From: a virus
DNA length: 64,000 nt
Strand: one strand, 5' to 3'
Virus record (IMG/VR): IMGVR_UViG_3300025030_000064
Coordinates: 1-64,000 of that record
Shown here: one piece after another, positions 15,422 through 26,440 of the stretch
Position numbering within the stretch: position 1 is the first letter of the stretch
Layout: the number at the start of each line of letters is the position of its first letter
Program-made: the position numbers and the translations under genes
Notes under the pieces: model-generated
Database searches by the model: none
What the model was told of the DNA's origin: nothing
What the model saw: only the letters and a program-made list of their open reading frames with translations

Positions 15422-16678
15422 ATGGCAGGAGAAAAAATCAACTTAGACCTAGGATCAATGATGGGAGAAGTCGGGCAGACAATCTCTATCGAAGATGACG
15501 GTCAGGTTACAGCAATGGAGCAAAACAACTCTGAGAATTCAGATAAAGAAAAACAAGAAGAATTCAAAACAGGAGAGTTGGTACAATTAGAAGATGGTTC
15601 TGTAGTAGAGTATAATTCTAAGAAACACAAGAAGAAACAACAGGAAGAAAAAGAAACTACAGAGGAAACAGACGATACTGAAAAAAACAAAGATACTAAA
15701 GAGGCCCGACAGGAAGAAAATGAAAACCCCGAATCTGATAAGGATGATATTTCTCCTTATTCTCCATACGCTGTCGCCTTAAAAGATGAGGGGATTCTTC
15801 CTAATCTAGACATTGAAGCATTTAACAAGTTGCCTAAAGAAGAACAAGTACAGGCTCTTGTTAATGCTTACAAAGAACAGATTGACGGTGGTGTACAATC
15901 ATTCATTGATTCTCAACCAAAAGTAGTACATGATATTCTCAATGGATTAAAACAATCCGGAGAACATGTTCCTTTAATGAACCTTATCCAGACACAGTCT
16001 GAGATTATGGAATTAGAAGGAGTTACTGATGATGAGTTAAAAGAAGATGAATCATTACAAGAACAACTTATTAGTCTCCATTTATCTGAATCAACTAATT
16101 TCACAAAAGAAAAGATTCAGAAAGAAATAACAAGACTAAAGGCAAGTGGAGAACTTTATGAAGAATCAGTAGATGCTCATAAGGAACTATTAGTTGCTCG
16201 TACAGCTGAAAAGACAAAGCAGATAGCGAAAGCTAAAGAAGACAAGAAAGCTGCAGACGAGACAAGAAAGACTTATTTTGAAACTTTAGATAAGACTATT
16301 AATGAAGTAGTAGAATTATTCCCTGGCACAAAGGTTACTCCATCACAAAAGAAAGAATTAAAAGACTTCATGACAAAGCCAATGACTTATACTGAGGATG
16401 GAAGACCAATCACAAAAGCCATGGAAGTACGTTCTAAAAATCCAATGAGATTCGATATGCTTCTTAACCATTTTATTCAATTAGGATTCTTTGGTGACAA
16501 GGTAGATACAAGTAAGGTTGAACAGAATGCAAAGAGTAAGTCAGTAAAACAATTAGCTGAGATACTTGAAAACAGCACTAAGTTTACGGAGAAGGGAAGC
16601 GGAAGAACAGAGGATACAAACAAAGAGAAGCCATCAGCGAAAGCTGGTATGGCAGCAATACTAAATAAAAATAGCTAA
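15422..16678 (+). CDS. Acidic protein preceding the capsid gene (putative scaffold)
   Basis: Highly acidic, helical, 418 aa, between portal and MCP as in crAss-like capsid modules. Confidence 0.75.
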   Translation: MAGEKINLDLGSMMGEVGQTISIEDDGQVTAMEQNNSENSDKEKQEEFKTGELVQLEDGSVVEYNSKKHKKKQQEEKETTEETDDTEKNKDTKEARQEENENPESDKDDISPYSPYAVALKDEGILPNLDIEAFNKLPKEEQVQALVNAYKEQIDGGVQSFIDSQPKVVHDILNGLKQSGEHVPLMNLIQTQSEIMELEGVTDDELKEDESLQEQLISLHLSESTNFTKEKIQKEITRLKASGELYEESVDAHKELLVARTAEKTKQIAKAKEDKKAADETRKTYFETLDKTINEVVELFPGTKVTPSQKKELKDFMTKPMTYTEDGRPITKAMEVRSKNPMRFDMLLNHFIQLGFFGDKVDTSKVEQNAKSKSVKQLAEILENSTKFTEKGSGRTEDTNKEKPSAKAGMAAILNKNS

Positions 16679-16690
16679 ATATAATTAACA

Positions 16691-18166
16691 ATGGTAAAAT
16701 TTAATCAATTACAGGAAACCTTTCCATCAGATTGGAATGGGTTTACATCGGAAAACAACTTACATGCTATAGGGGCTACAGAAGTCCAGATGGCAAGTGA
16801 GTTTACTTCTCGTCTTTATGAATCAAATTATGGGATGGACCTTGAAGGTTATCTTAATCAATTTGGAGTAAAATATTTAGAATCTGAAGAAGATTTTAGA
16901 TGGAATTTACAAGGTAATGAAGATAAGAATATCGCTTTAATCGAAGCTCGTCTTACTTCAGGTGGATCAGCTATCTCAGCAACAGATCAGGTAGGATTAG
17001 GCTTATTGCATTTCTATCTATTATTCCCTGAAAACTATTTCTCAGATACTAATATTATTATTGGTAACAGAGAACAGTATCCTATTCGTATCGTAGCCGA
17101 ACCAAAACCAGAAGGTGGAAATTGGGAATACGAATGCGAATTATTCTTAGGTGACTTAACTGCATTTATTCCTTATGATGAGTTACAAGGAAATATCCGT
17201 TTCTCAAAAGAATGGAGTCCAGTACCACAGACATTAAGTGATAAAGGTGGAACACCTAACTACACAAGTCCTTTCTCATTCAGAAATACATTTACTAATA
17301 TCCGTATGCAGGTAACACATCCGGGTAACATGCTTAATAAACCTGTAGTATTTAAATGGGTTACTAAAGACGAAAGAGGAAAGATGTCACAGCATTCAAC
17401 ATGGATGGAGTATGCTGACTGGGTATTTGAAAAACAACGTAGAGAGCAGAGAAATAAAGCTATGATGTTTGCTCGTCCAAACAAAGATGCTAATGACATC
17501 TATCGTAACATAGCTAGTAATAACTTTGCTATTCGTCAGGGTGCTGGTATTCGTGCACAGATGGAAACATCAAACTCTATTTATTATAGTAACTTCTCTG
17601 TTGATTGGTTGACTGAATGTATCATCGACATGACATCAGGAAGAATGAATGATGACAAGAGAAAAGTATTACTTCGTACAGGTGACTGGGGATTATTCCA
17701 ATGGAGTAGATCATTAGAGAACAAAGCTTCTTTATATACTCCTTTATTTGATCCTAGCCGTATTAAATACAACGGTAACGAGATTACTTTCAAAGGTCAG
17801 TTCTTTAACTATATTGGACCAAACGGTGTAGAAGTAAGTGTTCAGCGTGAATCAATGTATGATGATAGAGTAAGAAATAAAATCTTATCAAGTCAAGGTC
17901 GTGGTGTTGCTGAATCTTATCGTTATGATATTATCTTCTCAGGAACTATTGACGGAGAACCTAATATTCGTATCGTAAAACCAAAATCAGGAGCAGAATC
18001 AAGAACATTCATCCCAGGTATGAGGCATCCGTTCAAATTGGGCGAAAAGAACAGTATTGCAGCTACACCTATTGATGGATATTCACAGCATACAATGGAT
18101 ATTTTTGGTACAATGATCAAAAATCCAACGTTGACTGCTCAGTTTATTCCAAGTGAATTAGCATAG
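16691..18166 (+). CDS. Major capsid protein
   Basis: 491 aa; FRWNLQG, IRQGAGIRAQME, LRTGDWG, YIGPNGVEV, MYDDRVRN motifs of crAss-like MCP; position. Confidence 0.9.
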   Translation: MVKFNQLQETFPSDWNGFTSENNLHAIGATEVQMASEFTSRLYESNYGMDLEGYLNQFGVKYLESEEDFRWNLQGNEDKNIALIEARLTSGGSAISATDQVGLGLLHFYLLFPENYFSDTNIIIGNREQYPIRIVAEPKPEGGNWEYECELFLGDLTAFIPYDELQGNIRFSKEWSPVPQTLSDKGGTPNYTSPFSFRNTFTNIRMQVTHPGNMLNKPVVFKWVTKDERGKMSQHSTWMEYADWVFEKQRREQRNKAMMFARPNKDANDIYRNIASNNFAIRQGAGIRAQMETSNSIYYSNFSVDWLTECIIDMTSGRMNDDKRKVLLRTGDWGLFQWSRSLENKASLYTPLFDPSRIKYNGNEITFKGQFFNYIGPNGVEVSVQRESMYDDRVRNKILSSQGRGVAESYRYDIIFSGTIDGEPNIRIVKPKSGAESRTFIPGMRHPFKLGEKNSIAATPIDGYSQHTMDIFGTMIKNPTLTAQFIPSELA

Positions 18167-18195
18167 TATTAATTAAATAATAAGGAGAAATTAAA

Positions 18196-19080
18196 ATGGA
18201 GAATAGTTTATGTAACAAAAAAGTCCAAATCGTACCAGTTATCAGAGACAGCAGCTGGCTCGACAAAGGCAATGATGGTAAGTTTTTATTTTCAAATGCA
18301 CAGATAGAGTTAGAACTAAAACGTGAACCTAAAACAGGTCATTACATAGATCCTCTAAAAGGTGTAGATGACAAAACGAAAGATAAGATTGTGGAAGCAT
18401 TTGCTTTAGATAGCGTGAAAGATTTAAGTGTAAATAAGAAGGTAGATAATTTCTGGCTTGACAAACAGAGAAAGGTTATGCTTAATAAGAACGGAATGTA
18501 TCTTGATTTAAGTAATCCTATTGAGTTTGTTCAGTACAGACTATTATGTACCTACACTGAAACTTTCATTGCTTCTTCATGGGCTGAGGTAAAGAACAAA
18601 CAGACCTATAGATTTGCCTTTAAAGATGAAGACGAAGTAATAGATAACGCAGCTTTGACTGAGAAAGACAGAATGAAAGCTTATACTAAATTTGGAGCTA
18701 TGCAGACAGATGAACATAAAATGCATGAGTTCTTAATTATATACTTCTTTACAACAAAGAAGAAAGACACCTTTCCAAGTCACACATGGAAAGCAGGTAA
18801 GTTTATTGATGTAATAGGAAAAATCATTGATGAAGATATTAAGACTTTTATAAAAGTTGTTGAAGATACTAACTATAAATACAAAGCATTAATCTATAAT
18901 GGTTATGATCAAGGTATTTTAGAGTTAGTAGATAAACATAAATATCAGGTAAAAGGAAGTGATCATCCTATTGGAACAATAGAAGAGACAGTGAAGTATT
19001 TCTCTGACAAAAAAAATAATGAAGAGTATATGGAACTAAAAGCAAAAGTAGAATCAAAATTAAGAGCAGTTAAAGTATAA
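18196..19080 (+). CDS. Conserved crAss-like protein downstream of MCP
   Basis: NFW...YLDLSNPIEFVQYRLL...IASSW motif; synteny. Confidence 0.8.
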   Translation: MENSLCNKKVQIVPVIRDSSWLDKGNDGKFLFSNAQIELELKREPKTGHYIDPLKGVDDKTKDKIVEAFALDSVKDLSVNKKVDNFWLDKQRKVMLNKNGMYLDLSNPIEFVQYRLLCTYTETFIASSWAEVKNKQTYRFAFKDEDEVIDNAALTEKDRMKAYTKFGAMQTDEHKMHEFLIIYFFTTKKKDTFPSHTWKAGKFIDVIGKIIDEDIKTFIKVVEDTNYKYKALIYNGYDQGILELVDKHKYQVKGSDHPIGTIEETVKYFSDKKNNEEYMELKAKVESKLRAVKV

Positions 19081-19877
19081 TGACAGCTAATGAGATGAAG
19101 TATAGGTTCAACATCCTATACAACAAAATAACAAAGTTCGATGCTCCCGGATACAAGGATCGGGAGTTATCGGAATTGTTTTCTTTATCTCAAAATGAAA
19201 TAGTGAAGTTGATATATAATCCATTAGGAAATAAATATGGTAAAGGTTTTGAAAACTCAGAAAAAAGAAGAAAAGATTTAGATAAATTATTAAGAAACAT
19301 ATATCTTGATCAAACAAATTATGCATCATCACAATTAGCAGTACATAAAAATGGAATAATGTATAATTTACCTCCTGATTTATTATGGGTAGTTCAAGAA
19401 GAATGTTACATGAAAATTTATGAAGAAGATTGTACTGAAGTAGAAGTCGAAACAGATCCAAAAACAGGTTTTTACGATTTAGATTCTATAAAAAATTGGT
19501 CAGAATTAAAAATAGTAGGAGTAAAACCAGTTACTCATGATGAATATAATAAAAATATTAGAAATCCATTTAAAAAACCTTACGAAAATCTTATATGGAG
19601 ATTAGATTTTTCTTATGATGATACATTACCCAATAGTCAAATTCAACATGAATTAATAAACTATTCAGGATGGGATGTTTTAAGATATAGAATTGTATAT
19701 TTAAGAATACCTCAAAAAATAGTGGTAGATACTACTACATCTACAAATCAGGTAAATTGTGAATTGATAGAAACTATGCATGATGAAATTTTAGTGAGAG
19801 CCGTAGAGATGGCAACAGGAATTACAGCACCTGAAGAGTATAAGATTAAAGCTGTAGAGGCAAATAAAGTTGAATAA
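19080..19877 (+). CDS. Ring/neck structural protein
   Basis: MTANEM..F.ILYNKI...APGY, YRIVYLRIP, CEL..TMHDEILVRAVEMA. Confidence 0.75.
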   Translation: MTANEMKYRFNILYNKITKFDAPGYKDRELSELFSLSQNEIVKLIYNPLGNKYGKGFENSEKRRKDLDKLLRNIYLDQTNYASSQLAVHKNGIMYNLPPDLLWVVQEECYMKIYEEDCTEVEVETDPKTGFYDLDSIKNWSELKIVGVKPVTHDEYNKNIRNPFKKPYENLIWRLDFSYDDTLPNSQIQHELINYSGWDVLRYRIVYLRIPQKIVVDTTTSTNQVNCELIETMHDEILVRAVEMATGITAPEEYKIKAVEANKVE

Positions 19878-19895
19878 TATTAAAATTTAAATATA

Positions 19896-21554
19896 ATGAA
19901 ATCAAAAAAACTTATTCCAACCGACAGACCTAGCGTAAATGCTATTCCTGTATACCAAGAACAGTATAATAAATTATGGTATGATCTTTTTGAAGGTGGC
20001 GGAGCTCTTGAAGTTACATCAATGACATTGTCAGGAGACTTGACAGTAATTGGAACAACAACATTAAATGGCAACCTAGTATTAGGTGATGCAGCAACAG
20101 ATAGTTTAACTATCAACGCAGAAGCAACCTATAGTGATATTATTAATTATTCAAATGCAACTACTATTACTGCAGGTACAACACAGACCATGGCAGGAGC
20201 TACTGCACTTACAGAAGAAATTAATAATGTAACTACTTGTGCTAACGCTAATGACGGTGTTGCTTTACCTACTGCACTTGCAGGAAGACATATTTATATT
20301 AAAAATAGTGGTGCTACCAACTTAAGAGTATGGACAGGTAATGCTTCAGATACTATAGATGCACAATCAGTAACTGCATTAGGTCGTTATGTAATCATAA
20401 CTCCGGGAGCTTCATTAGACTTTTACGCAAAAGATGCTATTACATGGGAAACAAATAAAGATGCAAGTTTATCTTTAAGTGCTCCTACTACAGCAAAAGG
20501 TGCTTTACAGATTCTTTCAGCAGACTCAGCAGGTGATACAGTAACTACTATTACTAATGCTTCACAGACAGCAGCAAGAACCTATACTATTCCTGATGCA
20601 GGAGCAGCAACGGCTAATTTCATGTTAGATCAAGGAACAACTACTGCAAAAACTATTACTACGCTTACAAGTACTACAGTAAATGCAACAACCCTTGATA
20701 CTAACGTAGCAGCAGCAGCAGTAACTTTAGCAGGTACTACTTTAGCAGCAGATGGAACAGATGGAGCAATACCAATTACAATTACCCCTAAAGCATCTAA
20801 TATCTTATCTGTAACAGGAACAGCAGCATTACCAACATATTCTTTTACTTCTGATCCTAATACTGGTATGTTTAGTTCAGGAGCCGATGCTATTGGATTT
20901 GCAACAGGTGGAACAGAAAGATGGATTATTAATTCTTCAGGAGCATTAAATCCTTTAACAGATAATACAAATGATATTGGTAATGGAACCGTAAATGTAA
21001 GAGATATTTATATCACAAGAGGTTTAAAAGGTATAAGTGCAAATTTCGGAACAAGAGGTGTTGCAGATGCTACATGTACATTAGAAACATATACAGATGG
21101 TAAAGATGTAGTATCAATATTAACTCTTACAAACTTTATTGTAGGTGCGATACCAGGAGCCGGAGCATTGTCAATAGGTAATTTACTTTTTACATTTCCT
21201 GCAGGAGTACATGTACAATCTCATATTTATTCAAACGTAGGATTTACTTGTCCTAATACAGCACAGACACCAGTATGGGGTATAGGTTCGGTACAGGGTT
21301 CAGGAGCGTTTGCAGTACTTAATGGTACAGCAACACAGATGGATTATATTACCGAACAGACAGCGCCAGATAGTGCAGGCACCGCAGATCCAACATTACT
21401 TGCTGTAACAGCAGGATTAATGACAGGCATTTCTCTTAATGTAGCAGGAAGTACAAAAACAGTATATCTTAATGCAGCAGAGACATGGGCAGCAGATAAT
21501 GCAGGTAATTTAACAGCTTCAGGAACAATTACTATTAAATGGACAATAATGTAA
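19896..21554 (+). CDS. Fibre/decoration-like virion protein
   Basis: T/A/G-rich 552 aa; GTAALPTYSFTSDPNTGMF fibre motif. Confidence 0.7.
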   Translation: MKSKKLIPTDRPSVNAIPVYQEQYNKLWYDLFEGGGALEVTSMTLSGDLTVIGTTTLNGNLVLGDAATDSLTINAEATYSDIINYSNATTITAGTTQTMAGATALTEEINNVTTCANANDGVALPTALAGRHIYIKNSGATNLRVWTGNASDTIDAQSVTALGRYVIITPGASLDFYAKDAITWETNKDASLSLSAPTTAKGALQILSADSAGDTVTTITNASQTAARTYTIPDAGAATANFMLDQGTTTAKTITTLTSTTVNATTLDTNVAAAAVTLAGTTLAADGTDGAIPITITPKASNILSVTGTAALPTYSFTSDPNTGMFSSGADAIGFATGGTERWIINSSGALNPLTDNTNDIGNGTVNVRDIYITRGLKGISANFGTRGVADATCTLETYTDGKDVVSILTLTNFIVGAIPGAGALSIGNLLFTFPAGVHVQSHIYSNVGFTCPNTAQTPVWGIGSVQGSGAFAVLNGTATQMDYITEQTAPDSAGTADPTLLAVTAGLMTGISLNVAGSTKTVYLNAAETWAADNAGNLTASGTITIKWTIM

Positions 21555-21603
21555 TAAATAAAAGCAGAAATAAATTAGTATTTAATTAAATAAATTTTCA
21601 ATC

Positions 21604-23049
21604 ATGAATGAATCAAATTATGTACGTACTTTCGTACTAACAACAAACCAAGCCATGAAAACTCAGGGAACCTATTTAAGAGGTGTTACTGATCTGGCAG
21701 ATGGTCAAATGGCATTAGTTAATTCAGCAGGGTTATGTTATGACTCTAATGCTGCATTAACAGCTACGACTACTCCTGTACGATTTGGAGTAAGAAATGG
21801 AAGTGATCTTCTTTATACTCCATTCTTTACATTAGCTTCTTTAACAACTGCTAAGAAAACCACATATGTACATGGAAGAAATCAGATATCCTATATTGGA
21901 TATAATACTTCATCAGGATCTTTTGAAGTAATCGATGATAATCAGTATCAGGTTAATCTTACTATCCACGAATGGGATATGGCAGGTTGTCCTCCTATGA
22001 TTAAATTTGGAACATATCTTTCTGATGCAACAGCAACACAGGCCGAAATAGCTAAAGGACTTTGCACAAGTTTAGTAAATAACTTCAGTCGTGAAGCGCA
22101 TCAGGATATTATCTTCTCTAGAGTTTACTCAGGTGCAGTAACAAATTATGCTTGGGTTAATGATTATCTAACTTTTACAGTTATTAAAGAAAGTCAGTAT
22201 ATCACTCCTGATTCAGGAGATGCTGCAACGTGGTTTACAACTGCAAGTGTAAGTGCAGATACGATATTATCATTAGGTGGAATTGCTTTTATAGTAGAAA
22301 GTGTAGATACTTCAACTGGAGTGACTAAATTAGACATGGCATGGCCTTATGAGTCTGGTACTGTGATTTGGGATGATACAGCAAGTCGTACTATTAGTGT
22401 ATATAATGGAAGTAAAGCTGCTACATTAGGAACAAGTATTGCAACAGATATTACATTAGCAGCAGGTGCAGTTATTTATTTAGATATAGCAGGAAAATTC
22501 TATAAAGCTAGAATGACTAATGCAACTACAGGAGTATTATTAGATCAACCTTATCAGGGAACAACTGATGCAGCCGCATTAATAGGTGGTGGAACAGCAG
22601 CTGCAGTAGGTAACTGGGGTATTCGTTGTGAAACTCAGAATAGAGAGTTCGCAGTAGAGACAAAACCATATAATAAACTTCGTTTTGAAATTCAATTTGA
22701 AGATATGGGAACTACAACAGGACCAACTTATACTACCAGTGTTACTGAAGGTTCAGGGACATATGAATATGTAGCTTGGAACGAATGGTTCTGTCAGCAT
22801 GCAGAAGGTAAGAGATACAATAACGATAAAGGATCTGCTCCAAAACGTGCTTTAGCAGTATCAACAAGTCTTTACAATATCGCTACACTACACTATGAAA
22901 ACAGTTATAATACTGGAAGCATGGCAGGAAGCGTTGTTGCTAAAGGAGAAATCGTTGTAGCTATCCCAGAAGCATGGGCAGCAGCCGGAGCAATGGCAAC
23001 TACATTACTTGGTAATCTTGACACTACCTTAAACGGTCAACTGGTTTAA
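21604..23049 (+). CDS. Putative auxiliary capsid/structural protein
   Basis: 481 aa; GSGTYEYVAWNEWFCQ motif; followed by a strong terminator. Confidence 0.65.
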   Translation: MNESNYVRTFVLTTNQAMKTQGTYLRGVTDLADGQMALVNSAGLCYDSNAALTATTTPVRFGVRNGSDLLYTPFFTLASLTTAKKTTYVHGRNQISYIGYNTSSGSFEVIDDNQYQVNLTIHEWDMAGCPPMIKFGTYLSDATATQAEIAKGLCTSLVNNFSREAHQDIIFSRVYSGAVTNYAWVNDYLTFTVIKESQYITPDSGDAATWFTTASVSADTILSLGGIAFIVESVDTSTGVTKLDMAWPYESGTVIWDDTASRTISVYNGSKAATLGTSIATDITLAAGAVIYLDIAGKFYKARMTNATTGVLLDQPYQGTTDAAALIGGGTAAAVGNWGIRCETQNREFAVETKPYNKLRFEIQFEDMGTTTGPTYTTSVTEGSGTYEYVAWNEWFCQHAEGKRYNNDKGSAPKRALAVSTSLYNIATLHYENSYNTGSMAGSVVAKGEIVVAIPEAWAAAGAMATTLLGNLDTTLNGQLV

Positions 23050-23057
23050 TAAAAATT

Positions 23058-23089
23058 AAGGGAAGGGAGAACAACTTCTCCCTTTTCTT
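23058..23089 (+). terminator. Intrinsic terminator
   Basis: AAGGGAGAA-CAAC-TTCTCCCTT followed by a T-rich tail. Confidence 0.85.
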
Positions 23090-23104
23090 ATTATATTTAC
23101 AGTT

Positions 23105-23656
23105 ATGGCATTTACATTAGATTTTTCGGTATGCGATACACAGAGCTGTACTAACCTACAGTATACTGACACATCAACAAATTGGGCTGATGCTTCAATA
23201 GCTATTGGTGATTCTGTTTATGTTACTATTACCATGACAGATGATAATAGTATAACAGAGTCTTATGATGTATCAGCAGTATTTGATGCAGCAACAGTAC
23301 AATCTGATTTAGTATATAACTCAGAAGACTATAGTGGCGGTCCGTTTAGTGACGGAGTATATACCATTAACTATTCTATTTATGACGTATCAGGAGGAAC
23401 ATTATTATATGAACAGGAAAAAGATGTTTATATATACTGTACCCTTAATTGTTGTATAGAAAGTATGAAGTTAAAACTCAAAGATTATATAGACTGTAAT
23501 AACTGTGATACAAACTATGTAATTAATTATTTTAAAATGAAAGCTCTATTTGAAGCATTTAAAGTAGCTGTAGCATATAATAACCTCACAGAAGCAGCAA
23601 CAATATATGAGACATTAGAGACGATGTGTGATTTTGAAAATTGTAATTGTAATTAA
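23105..23656 (+). CDS. Tail-associated structural protein, Cys-rich C-terminus
   Basis: FSDGVYTINY motif; CTLNCC, CNNC, CNCN. Confidence 0.7.
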   Translation: MAFTLDFSVCDTQSCTNLQYTDTSTNWADASIAIGDSVYVTITMTDDNSITESYDVSAVFDAATVQSDLVYNSEDYSGGPFSDGVYTINYSIYDVSGGTLLYEQEKDVYIYCTLNCCIESMKLKLKDYIDCNNCDTNYVINYFKMKALFEAFKVAVAYNNLTEAATIYETLETMCDFENCNCN

Positions 23657-23658
23657 TT

Positions 23659-24306
23659 ATGGGATGTGATGCTTGTGGTTCTGGATATACAGGTAACTGT
23701 TCAATTACCTCTCCAATAATTTTAGTTGCTACTGGTCCTACCGGACCACAGGGAACAACAGGAATTTCCGGAACAAATGGAACGACAATACTTTTTAGTA
23801 GTATTAGTTCATATAATTCAACTGTTGGAATAACAGGTGAAACTTTATTTTCATATACATTAGATAATACTCCTACTCAGAAATTAACTACAAATGGAGA
23901 TTATTTAAAAATAAAAGCAAGGTTAAGGTTTTATGATACTATTGATAATAGAGGATGTGATATTGTAGTTAACTTGGGAGCAGAAGCAGTAACCTTACCA
24001 AGAGCACAAGTTTATAATAGCAGTTATTCCTATTTAGATGTAGAAATATTTCTTAAAAAAGTAAGTAATTCTTCGGAAGGAATATTATGGCAAGCTCATT
24101 ATGGAGTAGGTGCTCCTTATATTACATTCAATACAGTATCAACACCTATTATAACAGGAGCTTTATTAGATTTTACTAATGATATTATAATAACTGTAGT
24201 TGCAACTTATGTTGACACAACAACACCTCCGGGTTCTAATATTGCATTTACAAGTGGTACTAATGCGAGAATAGAAGATATAATAATTACAAAATATTTA
24301 CAATAA
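23659..24306 (+). CDS. Fibre-like protein with a short collagen-like segment
   Basis: MGCDACG start; GPTGPQGTTGISGTNG. Confidence 0.7.
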   Translation: MGCDACGSGYTGNCSITSPIILVATGPTGPQGTTGISGTNGTTILFSSISSYNSTVGITGETLFSYTLDNTPTQKLTTNGDYLKIKARLRFYDTIDNRGCDIVVNLGAEAVTLPRAQVYNSSYSYLDVEIFLKKVSNSSEGILWQAHYGVGAPYITFNTVSTPIITGALLDFTNDIIITVVATYVDTTTPPGSNIAFTSGTNARIEDIIITKYLQ

Positions 24307-25517
24307 TGCTTACTAAAGAAATATATGTAGTATCTGGAACTGATGGTGTCATTTACGCAACAGATATACAAGATACGTTTAGGGTATCAGGAACAGCAGT
24401 ATTAGGAGCAAATTGGGCTGTAGTATATACAGGTACTCCTGTACGTACAGAAATAAGAAAAATACGTTATGAAGCAAAAGGAATAACTCTTGGTGCTTTT
24501 GGAATTACATTTCTTGGACATAGTATGCCCGCTGAATATGTAGCAAAAGATTTAGATATAACAGCTCAATGGAATGGTACTTCATGGGAAGTTAATATGG
24601 TTCCTGATTTTGATGAAGATAGTATTATTAATGGTGGAACTAAGATAATAGCAGCTACTATCACAGGAGATAGATGTGTTAATAAGACTATAGATACTGG
24701 ACAGATAGCTGACGGTGCAATAGAAGCATTACAACTCAATACTAATGCAGTAACTACTATTAAGGTCTTAGATCAAAATATAACTCTACCTAAAATAGCA
24801 GCACAAGCGGACAATACTGTTTTAGTAAATGTATCTGGTGGAGTAGATTCACCTACAGCATTGGCCGCAGCAGTTTCAAGATTCTTAGGAAGATTAGCAG
24901 CTGGAGCATTAAAGTTCTGTACTGTAGCAGAGATGCAGACAGAATTAGCTATTAGAACTACAGCATTAGCAAGTGCAAATTTATGGGTCGGTAATGGAGG
25001 AGGAACAGCAGCAGCTGTAGCTCCAAGTGGTGATCTTACCATGGATAATACAGGATTATTTACTATTGCAAATAGTGTAATAGAACCAGATAACTTAGGA
25101 CAGAAAGTCGTTAGTTCAAGGACTACTGGTGTAGTAGCTGTAAAGATTATCGAAGGAGCAGTATTAAAAGCTTTATTAGATGCAACACTAAATGACCTAT
25201 GTGCATTCGCAACAGGAGATACCGTGCTAAGAGTATTATCAACAGTACAGACTCCTCATGGTGCTCCTATGACATTTGACATAGGTGTAGATGCTGTAAT
25301 AAGAACAGCAGGAGCAGATGCTAATGGATTAGTAGAAGTAGCTAATGGTGGAGCAGCAGGAAAATATGATTCTGATAATGCAACTTATTCAGGAGCCTTA
25401 TTAGATTTTGGTCAGTTTACTGCAGATGCAGCAGGTAATTTAACTATTACCTCAACGGTAGATGCAAGTGCAGGAGCATTTGTAGGATGTATTACTATAT
25501 ATTATTTACCAACTTAA
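24306..25517 (+). CDS. Fibre/structural protein
   Basis: IADGAI...NAVTTIKV...ITLPKI shaft-type repeats. Confidence 0.7.
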   Translation: MLTKEIYVVSGTDGVIYATDIQDTFRVSGTAVLGANWAVVYTGTPVRTEIRKIRYEAKGITLGAFGITFLGHSMPAEYVAKDLDITAQWNGTSWEVNMVPDFDEDSIINGGTKIIAATITGDRCVNKTIDTGQIADGAIEALQLNTNAVTTIKVLDQNITLPKIAAQADNTVLVNVSGGVDSPTALAAAVSRFLGRLAAGALKFCTVAEMQTELAIRTTALASANLWVGNGGGTAAAVAPSGDLTMDNTGLFTIANSVIEPDNLGQKVVSSRTTGVVAVKIIEGAVLKALLDATLNDLCAFATGDTVLRVLSTVQTPHGAPMTFDIGVDAVIRTAGADANGLVEVANGGAAGKYDSDNATYSGALLDFGQFTADAAGNLTITSTVDASAGAFVGCITIYYLPT

Positions 25518-25520
25518 AAA

Positions 25521-26111
25521 ATGACACAGACAAGTTATAATAACTATATTTCTAACATGTTATTCCATTATCAATGGTATGCTTCACAAACTATTGGGAA
25601 AATAGTTGTAGGAAATTGCAATGCTGATAAAGCAATGTTAGATCTAGCTATTATATGGGAATATGTTGAAACATTATCAAACTTTGAATTAGCTTCATAT
25701 GATATAAATAAAGTGTTACATAATGATAATTGTCTTACTATAGAAGAAATGCAAAGTATAGTGCAATGGTTTAATAAAAAATTTAATGTTAATTATGTAT
25801 TAGATTTTATTAATTCTAATATTACTTACATACCTGCAGGAAGTTGTTCATGTGGAACCGGAACATATACTACTACTATAGATGAAACTAATGATGATAA
25901 GATATGGATTGGTGGAGATATAACTACAGAGATAGGTGCTAATAATATTACTCTTACATCATGTGACGGATTAACTACATACCTATCTGCAGCAACACCT
26001 GATTCGTTTGGAGTAGATATATATAGCAATACCTACATTAACCTAAACGTATTAAATGTACCTTTAGCCGGATGGGATAGGTCAGTAATTTATTGTTTAA
26101 CGATAGTTTAA
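25521..26111 (+). CDS. Tail-associated structural protein
   Basis: 196 aa; NCLTIEEMQSI motif; tail cluster. Confidence 0.6.
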   Translation: MTQTSYNNYISNMLFHYQWYASQTIGKIVVGNCNADKAMLDLAIIWEYVETLSNFELASYDINKVLHNDNCLTIEEMQSIVQWFNKKFNVNYVLDFINSNITYIPAGSCSCGTGTYTTTIDETNDDKIWIGGDITTEIGANNITLTSCDGLTTYLSAATPDSFGVDIYSNTYINLNVLNVPLAGWDRSVIYCLTIV

Positions 26112-26123
26112 AAAAAATATAGT

Positions 26124-26438
26124 ATGCAAGAAGATTTAGATAAAATAACGACTCAGTTAAGATCGATAGCAAGACGTAATTCACATCTTAACGAACCACC
26201 AGACATCATAGAAGAAACAGATGACGGTGCAGGAACAGTAACTACTTATATAGGATATTCTGGTGTAGGAACATTAACAACAGCTAGTGCTTCATGGCTT
26301 ATAATAAAAATAGTAGAGACAACAGTAGGTTTAGTAGTTACAACTACCAAACAATATGCTGATTCTTGTCTTGCAAAGAATAAGGCATGGACAGGAAGAG
26401 CAGGATTTACTTATGGTTATTTACAGAAAGGATCATAA
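26124..26438 (+). CDS. Small virion protein
   Basis: TTYIGYS...ASWLIIKIVE...YAD...AWTGRA pattern of phage structural proteins. Confidence 0.7.
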   Translation: MQEDLDKITTQLRSIARRNSHLNEPPDIIEETDDGAGTVTTYIGYSGVGTLTTASASWLIIKIVETTVGLVVTTTKQYADSCLAKNKAWTGRAGFTYGYLQKGS

Positions 26439-26440
26439 TC

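Noticed and set aside
26387-26440. ORF-track start at 26387
   Set aside because: Overlaps the upstream gene by 52 nt; the ATG at 26441 just after its stop fits the packing pattern.
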